Assembly (NCBI GenBank): GCA_965203295.1 | Contig: CBDBCZ010000019.1 | Location: 2,768,051-2,832,050 of the forward strand | Length of the DNA: 64,000 bases | DNA from: Nitrospirales bacterium | GTDB lineage: Bacteria > Nitrospirota > Nitrospiria > Nitrospirales > UBA8639 | Direction of reading: 5' to 3' | Shown: positions 39,165 to 52,465 of the stretch, in pieces | Numbering within the stretch: the first letter of the stretch is position 1 | Layout: every line of letters begins with the position of its first letter | Program-made: the position numbers and the translations under genes | The notes under the pieces: generated by a model | Told to the model about the DNA's origin: nothing | Seen by the model: the letters and a program-made list of their open reading frames with translations, nothing else | Database searches by the model: none

Positions 39165-42100
39165 ATGTCAACTCCGCAAACTCTGTATTTTCAACAACTC
39201 CTCAACCCGGTCCTTGATGCGCTAAGCAATGCGAAGGACAAACCGTGCATTCGTGGTATCTGTGGACCCAGCCTGGCTTTTGTATTAACCCTTCTTGTTC
39301 AACTCAATCAGGCCAGAGGAACGGTTCACCAAAAAAGTCTTCCTACCAAGAAAAGTGGTCGAGATTCTCTGACAACCTCTTGTCTGATCGTCACTCCAAC
39401 AGATCAAGAGGCTGAACAGTTGTTTCAAGATCTTCAATTCTTTCACGCATTGTTAGACATTCCTGCTCAACATTTGGCCTATTTCCCCCACCGGGGCCGG
39501 TTACCTTACGATCCGACTCCACCCACGGTCGATGTCGTGGTTCAACGGATGCAAACCCTTCATAAATTGAGTCTGAATGCCTCCACCATGGTGGTCGCAC
39601 CCGTTCAGGCGGTTCTCCAACGTTTGTTACCACCCAGAGTCTTCTCAGAAGCTTGTCTCCCTTTGAAAGTCGGGTCAAACATCGAGCGAGATCGACTCGT
39701 CACACACTTGCTCCGTTTAGGATACAGAAGAGTTTCCGTCGTGGAAATTCCAGGGGGGTTCAGTATACGAGGCGGGATTATTGATATCTATTCAACTTCC
39801 TATACCAGCCCTCTGCGGATCGAATTTCTTGGCGATACGGTTGAATCCATGCGCTTTTTTGACCCAGCGACCCAAGAATCGACAACCCAAACGTCACACA
39901 TATGGGTGCTGCCCGCTCGGGAATACCTCCCTCCCTTGGACGATCCTTCTAGTATTTCCTCAGAAATCCCTCATGACGTTGATTGGAGAGTTCCCCATCT
40001 CTATCCGGTCTTGTCTACACTACCAGAATATTTTCAGAACTCTCTCATCGTCATTTTAGATCAACCGGATTTGCTCGCTAAGTCCGCCAACCATTGGTGG
40101 GAAAATCTCCTAGACATATGGGCCAAAAAACAAGCTGAGCCTCCTTCACTGCCACTCCCGGAACCCGACGATCTCTATACTTTTTGGGAAGAATGCCTAG
40201 ACTCATTCGAGCCATACCCAACGGTGATGATTGAACCCCTTGGTCCTAGCGATGCTATCCGGAATCCCATCACATCCTTTCCTTTCCAATCTCCCACCAG
40301 TGTAGGACTTGGGATTCGCGGAAAATCGTTTAGTGATACGTTGGGACTTCTGGAACGTCTTCGAGAAAATGGGATGGTCTTGGTTGTTGCTCGGAATGCC
40401 GGGCAAGTTGGACGCCTCTTGGCTCTTTTCGGAGAACACAAGTCTTCAGCGGTGACCTGGAAGCCTCAGGAATGGAGCAATGCCCCCACAGGACGATTGC
40501 CGTTTTATGTCCTGAAAGGAGATCTTTCCTCTGGATTTGTGTCTTCCGAAGGATTCCTCGCGATTTTGACTGAGGAAGAACTCTTTGCCAAGGTTGCCCG
40601 CCACCGCCCTCAGCAGAAAAGTAAAGCCGCAACGTTTCTCTCTTCTCTGGATGATCTCAATCAGGGAGATTATGTGGTTCATGTTCATCACGGGATCGCT
40701 CGATATAAGGGGCTGCGACGTTTGTCGGTTCAAGGGTTCGAGAGCGATTATCTTGTGCTGGAATTTGCCGGTCGAGACACCCTCTATGTTCCTCTTGACC
40801 GCCTGAATCTGGTTCAGCCACACCGTGGGGCGGACCATCACGTTCCTAAACTTGATCGACTAGGAGGGACGAGTTGGGCCAAGACGACAGCTCGGGTGAA
40901 AAAAGGGATCGAGGATATGACTCAGGAACTCGCTGAGCTGTATGCAAGCCGTGAAGTCGTACAGCGCAAGGCCTATTCGGAAGATATCACACTCACTCAT
41001 GAATTCGAGGCTGCATTTGAATTCGACGAAACACCGGACCAACTCCGTGCGATTGAAGATATTCAACGGGACTTGGAGTCTCTCAAGCCTATGGACCGAC
41101 TTGTGTGTGGTGATGTGGGGTATGGAAAAACCGAAGTAGCCATGCGAGCGGCTTTTAAGGCAGTCCATGATTATCGACAAGTGGCTATTCTGGTTCCCAC
41201 AACGTTGTTGGCCCAACAACATTACGAAACTTTCTGCCGCCGTTTTGCCCCCTTTCCCGTCCGCATTGCCATTCTGTCACGATTTCAAACCGCGAAGGAA
41301 GTCAAGACTCTCTTGCCTGATTTACAATCCGGTCTGATCGATATTGTGATCGGGACCCATCGTTTACTGCAAAAGGATATTCAATTTAGGCAGCTAGGCC
41401 TCGTGATCATTGATGAGGAACAATGTTTTGGCGTTCGCCATAAGGAACGCCTTAAACAACTTCGTACACAGCTGGATGTCTTGACCCTGACCGCAACTCC
41501 AATACCGAGAACGTTACAAATGTCTTTTTCAGGTGTTCGGGATTTATCGGTCATTGATACCCCCCCCTCTGGACGATTAGCCATTCAGACGCAAGTTCTT
41601 CGCTTCAATCCCACCATTATCCAGGAAGCCATACGGAGGGAATTGGCAAGAGGCGGTCAAGTTTTTTATATCCACAATCTGGTGCAAACCATGGAACGCA
41701 CAGCGACCTGGCTGAGTCAATTGGTTCCCGAAGGCCGATTCTCCATGGCACACGGTCAAATGGACGAACGGGTATTGGAATCTGTCATGCTCAAGTTTTT
41801 CCATGGTGATGTGGATATCCTGGTGGCCTCAGCAATTATTCAATCGGGACTTGATATTCCACGTGCCAATACCATTTTAGTGGATCGTGCTGATACCTTT
41901 GGACTAGCCCAGCTTTATCAACTCCGTGGTCGGGTGGGACGCGCGGGAGATCAAGCTTTTGCCTATTTCTTTTTTCCTAACGAAGAGGTTCTCAGTACGG
42001 ACGCTCAAAAACGCCTGATGGCCATTCAAGAATTCGCCGACTTAGGTTCAGGGTTTCGGATTGCGGCGGCAGATCTCGAAATCCGAGGTGCCGGGAATTT

Positions 42101-42689
42101 ATTGGGCAAACAACAATCAGGCAACATTGCGGCCGTCGGACTTGATTTATACATGCAAATGGTGGAACAAGCCGTGAATCAGATGAAAGGGAAACCCCTG
42201 GAAGAGATTCTTGATCCTACGCTCCATCTGAATGTCTCCGCTTTTATCCCGGAAGACTACGTTGAGGATGCCCACCAGCGTTTATCACTCTATAAAAGAT
42301 TATCGGCAAGCCACCAACTGGGAGACCTGGCACTGATTCATGGAGAAACTCAAGATCGATATGGCCCTCTAACGGAACCTGTTGAACGACTCTTTGAAGT
42401 AATGCAAATCAGAGTGTTAGCCAAACAGCTCCGCTTAGAATTCGTGGGGGCTCAGAATGGTCTCATCTCGTTAACCTTCGCTGATAAAGCTGCTGTCCCT
42501 GAGGCGGGAATCCAGTGGTTAATGGGATATGAGGAAGAACGTCTCCGGTTTCTTTCACCTCGCTCCTGCGAAATTCAAACAGGACAAGAGGAATGGCCCT
42601 TGATCGCACAGGAATTAAATACTATCTTGACTGGTCTCAGCAGATCTGTCGTTCAACCAGGCGACTGCAATGAACCCCTTCAGTCATAA
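39165..42689 (+). CDS. mfd: Transcription-repair coupling factor
   Basis: GDYVVHVHHGI, DRLVCGDVGYGKTEVA, TATPIPRTL, QLRGRVGR, DLEIRGAGNLLG. Confidence 0.96.
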   Translation: MSTPQTLYFQQLLNPVLDALSNAKDKPCIRGICGPSLAFVLTLLVQLNQARGTVHQKSLPTKKSGRDSLTTSCLIVTPTDQEAEQLFQDLQFFHALLDIPAQHLAYFPHRGRLPYDPTPPTVDVVVQRMQTLHKLSLNASTMVVAPVQAVLQRLLPPRVFSEACLPLKVGSNIERDRLVTHLLRLGYRRVSVVEIPGGFSIRGGIIDIYSTSYTSPLRIEFLGDTVESMRFFDPATQESTTQTSHIWVLPAREYLPPLDDPSSISSEIPHDVDWRVPHLYPVLSTLPEYFQNSLIVILDQPDLLAKSANHWWENLLDIWAKKQAEPPSLPLPEPDDLYTFWEECLDSFEPYPTVMIEPLGPSDAIRNPITSFPFQSPTSVGLGIRGKSFSDTLGLLERLRENGMVLVVARNAGQVGRLLALFGEHKSSAVTWKPQEWSNAPTGRLPFYVLKGDLSSGFVSSEGFLAILTEEELFAKVARHRPQQKSKAATFLSSLDDLNQGDYVVHVHHGIARYKGLRRLSVQGFESDYLVLEFAGRDTLYVPLDRLNLVQPHRGADHHVPKLDRLGGTSWAKTTARVKKGIEDMTQELAELYASREVVQRKAYSEDITLTHEFEAAFEFDETPDQLRAIEDIQRDLESLKPMDRLVCGDVGYGKTEVAMRAAFKAVHDYRQVAILVPTTLLAQQHYETFCRRFAPFPVRIAILSRFQTAKEVKTLLPDLQSGLIDIVIGTHRLLQKDIQFRQLGLVIIDEEQCFGVRHKERLKQLRTQLDVLTLTATPIPRTLQMSFSGVRDLSVIDTPPSGRLAIQTQVLRFNPTIIQEAIRRELARGGQVFYIHNLVQTMERTATWLSQLVPEGRFSMAHGQMDERVLESVMLKFFHGDVDILVASAIIQSGLDIPRANTILVDRADTFGLAQLYQLRGRVGRAGDQAFAYFFFPNEEVLSTDAQKRLMAIQEFADLGSGFRIAAADLEIRGAGNLLGKQQSGNIAAVGLDLYMQMVEQAVNQMKGKPLEEILDPTLHLNVSAFIPEDYVEDAHQRLSLYKRLSASHQLGDLALIHGETQDRYGPLTEPVERLFEVMQIRVLAKQLRLEFVGAQNGLISLTFADKAAVPEAGIQWLMGYEEERLRFLSPRSCEIQTGQEEWPLIAQELNTILTGLSRSVVQPGDCNEPLQS

Positions 42690-43644
42690 ACCATTCAGCT
42701 TGTCTCCAATGCGGATCCATAGTCGATTATTGAGGAGAACCGTTTCATGTGTGCTTTTGCTTTTCTTTCCCTTGTTCTCCTTTGCAGAGGAACTGAAAGA
42801 TGGCATTGCCGCAATCGTGAACAATGAGGTGATCGCTCTTTCTGAACTCAAGACTGAACTTCGTGATGAAACCCTTCGTCTCAAAGCCCGATTTCGGGGA
42901 AAAGAGCTCGTCCAAAGGCTTATCCAAAAGGAATACCGTATCCTGAATATCCTTATAGAGCGAAAACTCCAACTCCAGGAGGCCGAGAACAAGGGAGTTC
43001 GTGTCACTGATGAAGAGGTGGAGGAGGCATTACAAAGCATGCCTCCTCACCCCGGAATGCTTTCCCATAATTCGGAGTCTCGGAAGCGAGTCCGAGAAGA
43101 TCTCATCCTCCAAAAACTTTTAAACTTTGAGGTTCGCCGACTCGTGATGGTATCACCCGAGGAAATTCGAATGCATTATGAAGAAAACACAGACCGTTTT
43201 ATGGAAGTCCCACGCTACCGACTCCGGCAAATCCTTTTTCTCCGAAAGCCCGATAAAGGCATTACCACGATTTTGGCGCAAGCCAATGAAGTCTATGAAA
43301 AATTGCAATCTGGGCAAGACTTTTCTGAATTGGCTCAGTTGTATTCGGAGGGTCCGGAAGGTGCGCATGGTGGGGACTTGGGATCAATCCCCCAAAATGA
43401 ATTGTTGACTGAACTGAGTGATCGTTTGGAGAACATGGAAGTGGGTCAAGTGAGCGTTCCTTTTACCACGCATCTAGGGGTTCACATCATTATTTTGGAC
43501 GACATTGAGCTACCTCAGGTCCGTCCCTTCGACGAAGTGAAGGATCAGATCAATAGTCATCTTTACCAAACAAAAACAGAGAAAGCTTACCAGGAATGGA
43601 TAGCCCATTTAAAAGAAAAGGCGTATATCGACATAAAACTCTAG
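42670..43644 (+). CDS. SurA-like parvulin peptidyl-prolyl isomerase
   Basis: IAAIVNNEVI, FSELAQLYSE...GGDLG, GVHII. Confidence 0.88.
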   Translation: MNPFSHKPFSLSPMRIHSRLLRRTVSCVLLLFFPLFSFAEELKDGIAAIVNNEVIALSELKTELRDETLRLKARFRGKELVQRLIQKEYRILNILIERKLQLQEAENKGVRVTDEEVEEALQSMPPHPGMLSHNSESRKRVREDLILQKLLNFEVRRLVMVSPEEIRMHYEENTDRFMEVPRYRLRQILFLRKPDKGITTILAQANEVYEKLQSGQDFSELAQLYSEGPEGAHGGDLGSIPQNELLTELSDRLENMEVGQVSVPFTTHLGVHIIILDDIELPQVRPFDEVKDQINSHLYQTKTEKAYQEWIAHLKEKAYIDIKL

Positions 43645-43655
43645 CGTTCTTTTCA

Positions 43656-44297
43656 TCAAACCTGATCACCCTTTTTGTCTTCACCATCACGAGCTGACGT
43701 CAATACCTTTCGAATCTCACGCCACAACTCGTTTCGCCCTTCGTGGGATTTGGCTGAGAAAAAAATGACCGAAGCTGGCTCGGACACCTTGAGTTGGTCT
43801 CGAATATGTCTGAGAGAAACCTGTCGTTTCCTTTGCTTCAATTTATCAACCTTCGTCGCGACCCAAATAACGTGTAACCCCTTGTCCCTTAGCCATTCCG
43901 TGACCTTCTGATCCTGAGCGTCAATACGGCGCGAATCGAGGAAAAAAACCACTCCACATAATTGGTTCCTTCCGGACAAGTATTGTTCAATCATTGGACC
44001 CCATTGCGAACGTATGGATTGGGGAACCTTGGCGTAGCCATACCCGGGCAGGTCCACAACATAAAAACGCTTGATCTGGCCATCATCTGTATCCACAAGA
44101 AAAAAATTAAGGGTTTGGGTTTTTCCTGGGGTTGAACTCACCTTCGCTAACTTTTTCGAGTTCAGCAAAGAATTGATGCCCGAGGATTTCCCAACATTGG
44201 ATCGCCCGATGAAGGCCATTTCCCGTAATCGTTCACGAGGATATTGATCCGGACTGACGCAACTCTTCACGAATTCGGTTGATCGGACTTTGATCAT
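43656..44297 (-). CDS. engB: Ribosome biogenesis GTPase YihA/EngB
   Basis: GRSNVGKSS, STPGKTQ, DLPGYGYA, TKVDK. Confidence 0.94.
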   Translation of the reverse strand: MIKVRSTEFVKSCVSPDQYPRERLREMAFIGRSNVGKSSGINSLLNSKKLAKVSSTPGKTQTLNFFLVDTDDGQIKRFYVVDLPGYGYAKVPQSIRSQWGPMIEQYLSGRNQLCGVVFFLDSRRIDAQDQKVTEWLRDKGLHVIWVATKVDKLKQRKRQVSLRHIRDQLKVSEPASVIFFSAKSHEGRNELWREIRKVLTSARDGEDKKGDQV

Positions 44298-44301
44298 GCT
44301 C

Positions 44302-44778
44302 CTAACTCTTCCTCGCGGCGGACTTGAGAGTTCTCTCGATTTCTCTCCCGGCTTCTTTCCTTTTCTCAGTTTCTCGTCGGTCAAAATGCTTTTTCCCTCT
44401 GCCTAAAGCCAGCTCGACCTTGGCTAATCCGCGAGAATTAAAGAAAATCCGTAACGGAACGAGTGTGAGACCCTTTTGCTGAACCTTTCCGTGAACTTTG
44501 TCGATTTCCTTTTTGTGGAGAAGAAGAACCCGAGGTCGCAAAGGGTCATGATTCATGAAATTCCCATGACTATAGGTCCCAATATGACAATTATGAAGGA
44601 CAACAACTCCTTGATCCACTTTCGCATAGCCCTCTCGTAAATTCACATTGCCCTCTCTCAGGGATTTGACTTCCGTACCCTTCAGGACTATGCCAGCTTC
44701 CATTTTCTCAAGAATAGCATACTCATGTAGGGCTTTCCGGTTAGTGGCTATGGATCGGGTTGAGGAAAATTTTGCCAT
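44302..44778 (-). CDS. smpB: SsrA-binding protein
   Basis: NRKALHEY, EAGIVLKGTEVKSLR, GRGKKHFDRR. Confidence 0.96.
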   Translation of the reverse strand: MAKFSSTRSIATNRKALHEYAILEKMEAGIVLKGTEVKSLREGNVNLREGYAKVDQGVVVLHNCHIGTYSHGNFMNHDPLRPRVLLLHKKEIDKVHGKVQQKGLTLVPLRIFFNSRGLAKVELALGRGKKHFDRRETEKRKEAGREIERTLKSAARKS

Positions 44779-44903
44779 CACGATCACACGATTATTTTAG
44801 ACCATATGTCTGTCTTGGTGCTTATAAAGGAGTGAGGTGCTGGAAAGAGACTCGCGATTGTCTTGATCTCCTGTCTTGCACGATTATAGAATGAATCATC
44901 CCT

Positions 44904-45365
44904 ATGCCCGTTTTTGATTCACTCCACCATATCCTTCAAGGTCTTGCTCATTCGTACGGATTTCAGGTACGCCTGAGGGAACATCAGCTGATGAGGGAAT
45001 GGCCCACAATCGTCGGGGAAACTGTTGCTACCCATACCAAACCTGATCGTGTCAAATTCCGAACCCTTTATGTCATCGTGGATCATTCAGTATGGCTTCA
45101 CCAACTCACGTTCCTCAAACCAGCCCTTCTCACAACTCTTCAATCTCTGCATGAATCTCCCTTCATTCAGGACATCGTGTTTCGAGTTGGAGAGACAACA
45201 CGGAATCAAAAGCCCTCTGACCAGCTCTTGGAGAGAAACACACCTTCCCCTACACTCACGGAGAGCTCTCTCCAAGAAGCCAGAAAGATCGTGGCTCAAG
45301 TCAAAGACCAAGAATTGCAATCCTCTTTAGCAAAAGTCATTGCCAAAGCTCTCTCCTCAACATAG
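44904..45365 (+). CDS. DUF721/DciA-family protein
   Basis: WPTIVGETVATHT...LYVIVDHSVWLHQLTF; located near gyrA-dnaA. Confidence 0.8.
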   Translation: MPVFDSLHHILQGLAHSYGFQVRLREHQLMREWPTIVGETVATHTKPDRVKFRTLYVIVDHSVWLHQLTFLKPALLTTLQSLHESPFIQDIVFRVGETTRNQKPSDQLLERNTPSPTLTESSLQEARKIVAQVKDQELQSSLAKVIAKALSST

Positions 45366-45388
45366 AGTCTACCAACACACAGAATCGG

Positions 45389-45937
45389 TTATCGTATAGA
45401 AATCCGCTCTTCAAAAAGGATCTGCTTGCGTTTCATCTTAGGATCGTTGTGCATCTCAACTGGCCCTAACCACCCCTGATGCCAATCCTCATTCAATGAA
45501 TATCCTCCTCTCACATCATTTTCATATTCTTTTTTCCATTTTTCTTTTTGAGGATCACCTTTCGACTCAGAAAGGTAGTGCTTGACTTGGTCGGGCTCAG
45601 TCTGATTCGGATCAGAGAAAATGTAAATGGTTATCGATTCATACCTCCCTTTTGGGTGACCCGGGGTGGTGGGCCGAACCTTCATCTGGCTGAAATCTTT
45701 TGAGTTCTTTACAACTTTCCCAAATCGTCGCACAAGGGATTCAATCTCAGAATCACTCGTCCACGAAGGGACATGGATGGCAACGAACTCGTTCTGATGA
45801 AAGCCGATGCTATAAGGGGGGATGGATCGGTCTGGCCTTGAAAGGAACATACCGATCCCAATGAGCAAAAACGAACCAACGAGTACCCCAAGCCCCAATT
45901 TGACGACAGGGTCGAGGGATTGTTTAGGGGAGCCCAT
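45389..45937 (-). CDS. Hypothetical membrane-anchored protein
   Basis: 182-aa ORF with an N-terminal TM segment, following gyrA. Confidence 0.65.
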   Translation of the reverse strand: MGSPKQSLDPVVKLGLGVLVGSFLLIGIGMFLSRPDRSIPPYSIGFHQNEFVAIHVPSWTSDSEIESLVRRFGKVVKNSKDFSQMKVRPTTPGHPKGRYESITIYIFSDPNQTEPDQVKHYLSESKGDPQKEKWKKEYENDVRGGYSLNEDWHQGWLGPVEMHNDPKMKRKQILFEERISIR

Positions 45938-45972
45938 GAAAACCCGATTGGAGAAATATCAAATTGAGAACG

Positions 45973-48483
45973 TTAGTCGGACCCAGGAAGTGGCACTCCC
46001 GAGCTATCCGGAGACCCATTGCCGTTGCCGTTCACGCCAGAATCTTCGCGTTCGCTGATCTCCGCGAGTTTAGCCACTCCGACCACACGATCCGTTTCCT
46101 CCATATCGATTAATCGTACCCCTTGGGCATTCCGACCAATTTCCCGGAGGTCACCTATTCTCGTCCTGAGAATTTTCCCTTCCGCCGTCATCACCATAAT
46201 TTCATCGGTTTCCCATACTTGTCGGAATGAAACCGCAGGCCCATTTTTTTCCGTGATTTTGACACTAATGACCCCCTTGCCAGCTCGGCCTTGAACACGA
46301 TATTCGTTCACGAGTGTACGCTTCCCAAAACCTTTCTCCGTGACGGTCAGAATCGATGTTGTCGAATCCGGCGTGATCGTTTCCATTCCAATGACCTCAT
46401 TGCCTTGATCAAGAATGATTCCCCGAACTCCCTTGCCGGTACGACCAATAGGCCTCGCTTCTTTTTCCTTAAATCTTATGATGATCCCTTGTTTGGTCCC
46501 CAATAAAATTTCATGACTTCCATCGGTAATTTGAACTCCGATGAGTTTGTCTCCTTTTTCAAGGGTGATGGCAATAATGCCCCCTTGTCTAGGATTCCCA
46601 TACGCTGACAATTCCGTTTTCTTGATGATGCCATATCGCGTCCCCATCACCACGTATTGGTCATCTCGGAATTCCTTGACCGGCAGGGTCGCGGTCACTC
46701 GTTCCCCCTGTGCAAACGCTAACAGATTGACGATGGCTTTTCCCTTACTAGCTCGACCAACATCGGGAATCTCATGAACCTTCAGCCAATAGACCCTTCC
46801 GGCATCCGTGAAGAACAACAGGTAATCATGGGTTGAAGCCGTAAAGAGGGTTTCCACAAAATCTTCTTCCTTAATGCCCATTCCGATTTTCCCTTTTCCT
46901 CCACGACGTTGGGCCCGGTATTCGGACACTGGATTGCGCTTAATATACCCGGCATGGGAAATCGTGACGGCGACCTCCTCATCGGCAATCAGATCTTCAA
47001 TATTGATTTCGGCTTCCTCAGGGACAATTCGTGTTCGCCGGTCTTCTCCATAGGTCTCCTTAATTTCTTCGAGCTCGTCTCTGATGATTTTGTTCACGAG
47101 CTCGTCCGACCCTAGGACCGATTTCAATCGTTCAATACGAACGAGGAGATCTTGATATTCCTGGATGAGCTTTTCCCGCTCTAGCTGGGTCAGTCGTTGA
47201 AGTCTCATGTCCAAAATGGCCGAGGCTTGAACGGTTGTTAATTGAAAATCCTGAACTAAGCCAGACCTCGCCTCCTCCGGGGAAGTGGCACGTCTGATGA
47301 GCGCGATCACGTCATCAAGATTTCCCAAGGCGATTTTCAAACCCTCAAGAATATGGGCTCGCTCTTCTGCCTTTCGCAGTTCAAAAGCAGTTCGGCGAAT
47401 GACCACTTCTCGACGATGATCAAGAAAGGCGACTAATATTTGCCTTAAATTCAGGACTTCAGGCCTATTGTTGACCAAGGCCAACATGATGACACCGAAC
47501 GTATTTTGCATTTGGGTGTGTTTGTATAATTGATTAAGGACGACGAGCGGAATTTCGCTCTTTTTGAGTTCAATGACGACCCTGATACCATCTCGATCTG
47601 ATTCATCTCTCAGGTCGGAAATCCCATCAATTCGCTTTTCGTGAATTAGTTCGGCGATTTTCTCAAGCAGCTTGGCCTTGTTCACCTGATAAGGGATTTC
47701 AGTCACAATGATCCGATCCCTATCTGTTCGCTCGTCCGTTTCTATGGTCGCCTTGGCCCGAAGGATCAATAATCCCCGACCATTACGGTATGCCTCTTTG
47801 ATTCCTTGAGTTCCATAAATAAACCCTGCGGTTGGAAAGTCTGGACCCGAAATGAAGGTCATGAGGTCGTCTACTGTGAGATCTGGTGACTCGATCAAGT
47901 GAATCAGCGCGGTGACGACTTCCCCCAAATTGTGAGTGGGGATGTTGGTCGCGTATCCCACCGCAATCCCTCCTGCCCCGTTGATCAAGAGATTGGGAAT
48001 CTTTGCCGGCAAAACCAAAGGCTCGACATCTGACTCATCATAGGTGGGGCCAAAATCAACGGTTTCTTTGTCGATATCGGCTAACATCTCGCCTGCCAAC
48101 GTCGTCAAACGAGCCTCTGTATACCGCATCGCAGCGGGCGGATCACCGTCTACGGAGCCGTAATTACCTTGGCCATCAACTAAGACATTTCGCATATTAA
48201 AATCTTGCGCCATGCGAACAAGGGCGTCGTAAATAGCCGAATCCCCATGGGGATGGTAATTCCCCATGATTTCCCCGACAATTTTGGCGGATTTACGATA
48301 AGGTCGGTTATGAGCCAACCCCATTTGGTTCATTCCATACAAGATCCGCCGATGCACCGGCTTCAAGCCATCTCGAACATCTGGCAGCGCCCGTCCAACG
48401 ATGACACTCATGGCATAATCGAGATACGACAAACGCATCTCGTCTTCTATGTTGACCTGTGTGAGTCGTTCCTCGACGGGCAT
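45973..48483 (-). CDS. gyrA: DNA gyrase subunit A
   Basis: YHPHGD, AAMRYTE, GyrA box QRRGGKG. Confidence 0.98.
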   Translation of the reverse strand: MPVEERLTQVNIEDEMRLSYLDYAMSVIVGRALPDVRDGLKPVHRRILYGMNQMGLAHNRPYRKSAKIVGEIMGNYHPHGDSAIYDALVRMAQDFNMRNVLVDGQGNYGSVDGDPPAAMRYTEARLTTLAGEMLADIDKETVDFGPTYDESDVEPLVLPAKIPNLLINGAGGIAVGYATNIPTHNLGEVVTALIHLIESPDLTVDDLMTFISGPDFPTAGFIYGTQGIKEAYRNGRGLLILRAKATIETDERTDRDRIIVTEIPYQVNKAKLLEKIAELIHEKRIDGISDLRDESDRDGIRVVIELKKSEIPLVVLNQLYKHTQMQNTFGVIMLALVNNRPEVLNLRQILVAFLDHRREVVIRRTAFELRKAEERAHILEGLKIALGNLDDVIALIRRATSPEEARSGLVQDFQLTTVQASAILDMRLQRLTQLEREKLIQEYQDLLVRIERLKSVLGSDELVNKIIRDELEEIKETYGEDRRTRIVPEEAEINIEDLIADEEVAVTISHAGYIKRNPVSEYRAQRRGGKGKIGMGIKEEDFVETLFTASTHDYLLFFTDAGRVYWLKVHEIPDVGRASKGKAIVNLLAFAQGERVTATLPVKEFRDDQYVVMGTRYGIIKKTELSAYGNPRQGGIIAITLEKGDKLIGVQITDGSHEILLGTKQGIIIRFKEKEARPIGRTGKGVRGIILDQGNEVIGMETITPDSTTSILTVTEKGFGKRTLVNEYRVQGRAGKGVISVKITEKNGPAVSFRQVWETDEIMVMTAEGKILRTRIGDLREIGRNAQGVRLIDMEETDRVVGVAKLAEISEREDSGVNGNGNGSPDSSGVPLPGSD

Positions 48484-48630
48484 TAATGGACTCCTTTACT
48501 TAATTTTTTTACAGAAAAGGCGGATAGAGCGGATAAAAATGATAGGCCTGGGGTTCAGAGCCCCAAGGTACGGTGCGTTCCCGCCTTAGGAGGAATTTCA
48601 TGGTGAGAGCCACAAAAACCGTACAGAGGA

Positions 48631-51144
<2,514 letters not shown>

Positions 51145-51170
51145 TCATCCACCTTTGATTAGGACCAACA

Positions 51171-52292
51171 TTAAACTTTAACGGGCATCACGACGGCTTT
51201 AAATTTTTCGTTTCCGACTTCTTTGACCAAGCATGGACTCAGTGGAGCGTCCATCTGAAGAGAAAGGGCTTCCCCATTCATGACACTGATCACGTCTAGC
51301 AAATACCTGGCGTTAAATCCAGCCGAAAAACTCTCTCCATTATACTGAGCAGGTAATTCTTCGACTGCCTCCCCCAATTCAGGGTTCGTGGAAAAAAGGG
51401 TCATACGGTCAGAGATAAAGGTTACTTTCACCGCGTACCCTTTATCTCGGGAAAGAACGGAAACACGACGGAGAGCTCCTTCGAGATCCTCTTTTCTCAC
51501 GGTTGTTTTCTGTGGATTGTCTTTAGAAATCACCGCTTGATAATTAGGGTAGGTACCCTCCATTAATCGGGAAGTGAGGACAAGCCCACTTTTTCTAAAA
51601 ATCAGCATGTTTTTTGTAAAACCAATGAGGGGTGCGTCTCCATTTTCCTCTAAAAGCCTTTGGATTTCATGGGCAGCCTTCTTCGGAATAATCGCCTGTA
51701 GTTCAGATGGTTTCTCCCCTTTCATGGGTTCGAGGTCCTGCTCTGCGATAGCCAAACGATGGCCGTCGGTTCCAACCAATCGAACGACCGGCCGTTCGCC
51801 CTTAAAGCTCAGAGACACTAAGACTCCGTTCAGCACGTATCGAGTGTCATTATCTCCTACTGCAAAAAGTGTCTTGCTTATCAATTCGAGCAGGCCCGTT
51901 CCTGGAAGAGAGAGTAACCCCTCTCTTTCTATGGCCGGGAGTGTGGGATAATCCTGAACAGGAAGACCTAAGACTTTAAACTGACTACGGCCAGCTTGTA
52001 TGGTCACCAGACTATTGTCTGTGACGACCAGTGAAATTTCTGTCTCCTTGATCTCCTTGAGGATTTCATACATCTTTCTAGCTGAAAAGGTGACAGATCC
52101 GGGTTCTTCAACGTTGGCTTTATAAAGAGCTCTCATCCCTATTTCTAAATCTGTGGCCGAAACATCCAATCCGTCGGGCTTAGCCTCCAATAGAATATTG
52201 CCCAATATTGGCATCGTATTGCGCTTTTCTACAACACCTTGAACCCTTTGCAGAGCGGTTAGTATTTCACCGCGGGCAATTTGAACCTTCAT
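51171..52292 (-). CDS. dnaN: DNA polymerase III beta sliding clamp
   Basis: ATDLE, TDGHRLA, YPNY, GFNARYL, VVMP. Confidence 0.97.
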   Translation of the reverse strand: MKVQIARGEILTALQRVQGVVEKRNTMPILGNILLEAKPDGLDVSATDLEIGMRALYKANVEEPGSVTFSARKMYEILKEIKETEISLVVTDNSLVTIQAGRSQFKVLGLPVQDYPTLPAIEREGLLSLPGTGLLELISKTLFAVGDNDTRYVLNGVLVSLSFKGERPVVRLVGTDGHRLAIAEQDLEPMKGEKPSELQAIIPKKAAHEIQRLLEENGDAPLIGFTKNMLIFRKSGLVLTSRLMEGTYPNYQAVISKDNPQKTTVRKEDLEGALRRVSVLSRDKGYAVKVTFISDRMTLFSTNPELGEAVEELPAQYNGESFSAGFNARYLLDVISVMNGEALSLQMDAPLSPCLVKEVGNEKFKAVVMPVKV

Positions 52293-52465
52293 GAAAATGC
52301 TCCCCCCCTTGTGCCCGGACTTTCAGTATCCTCACAATTCATCCTGACCCCTACTTAGCCTTATCTTATGATAACCTAACTCTTTACGAACGACCCTCGC
52401 GGCTCGGCCGAGGAAGGCTCAAAATGGTTATGCTCCATGTGGGAGCGTTAGCGTATGCGAAAGGC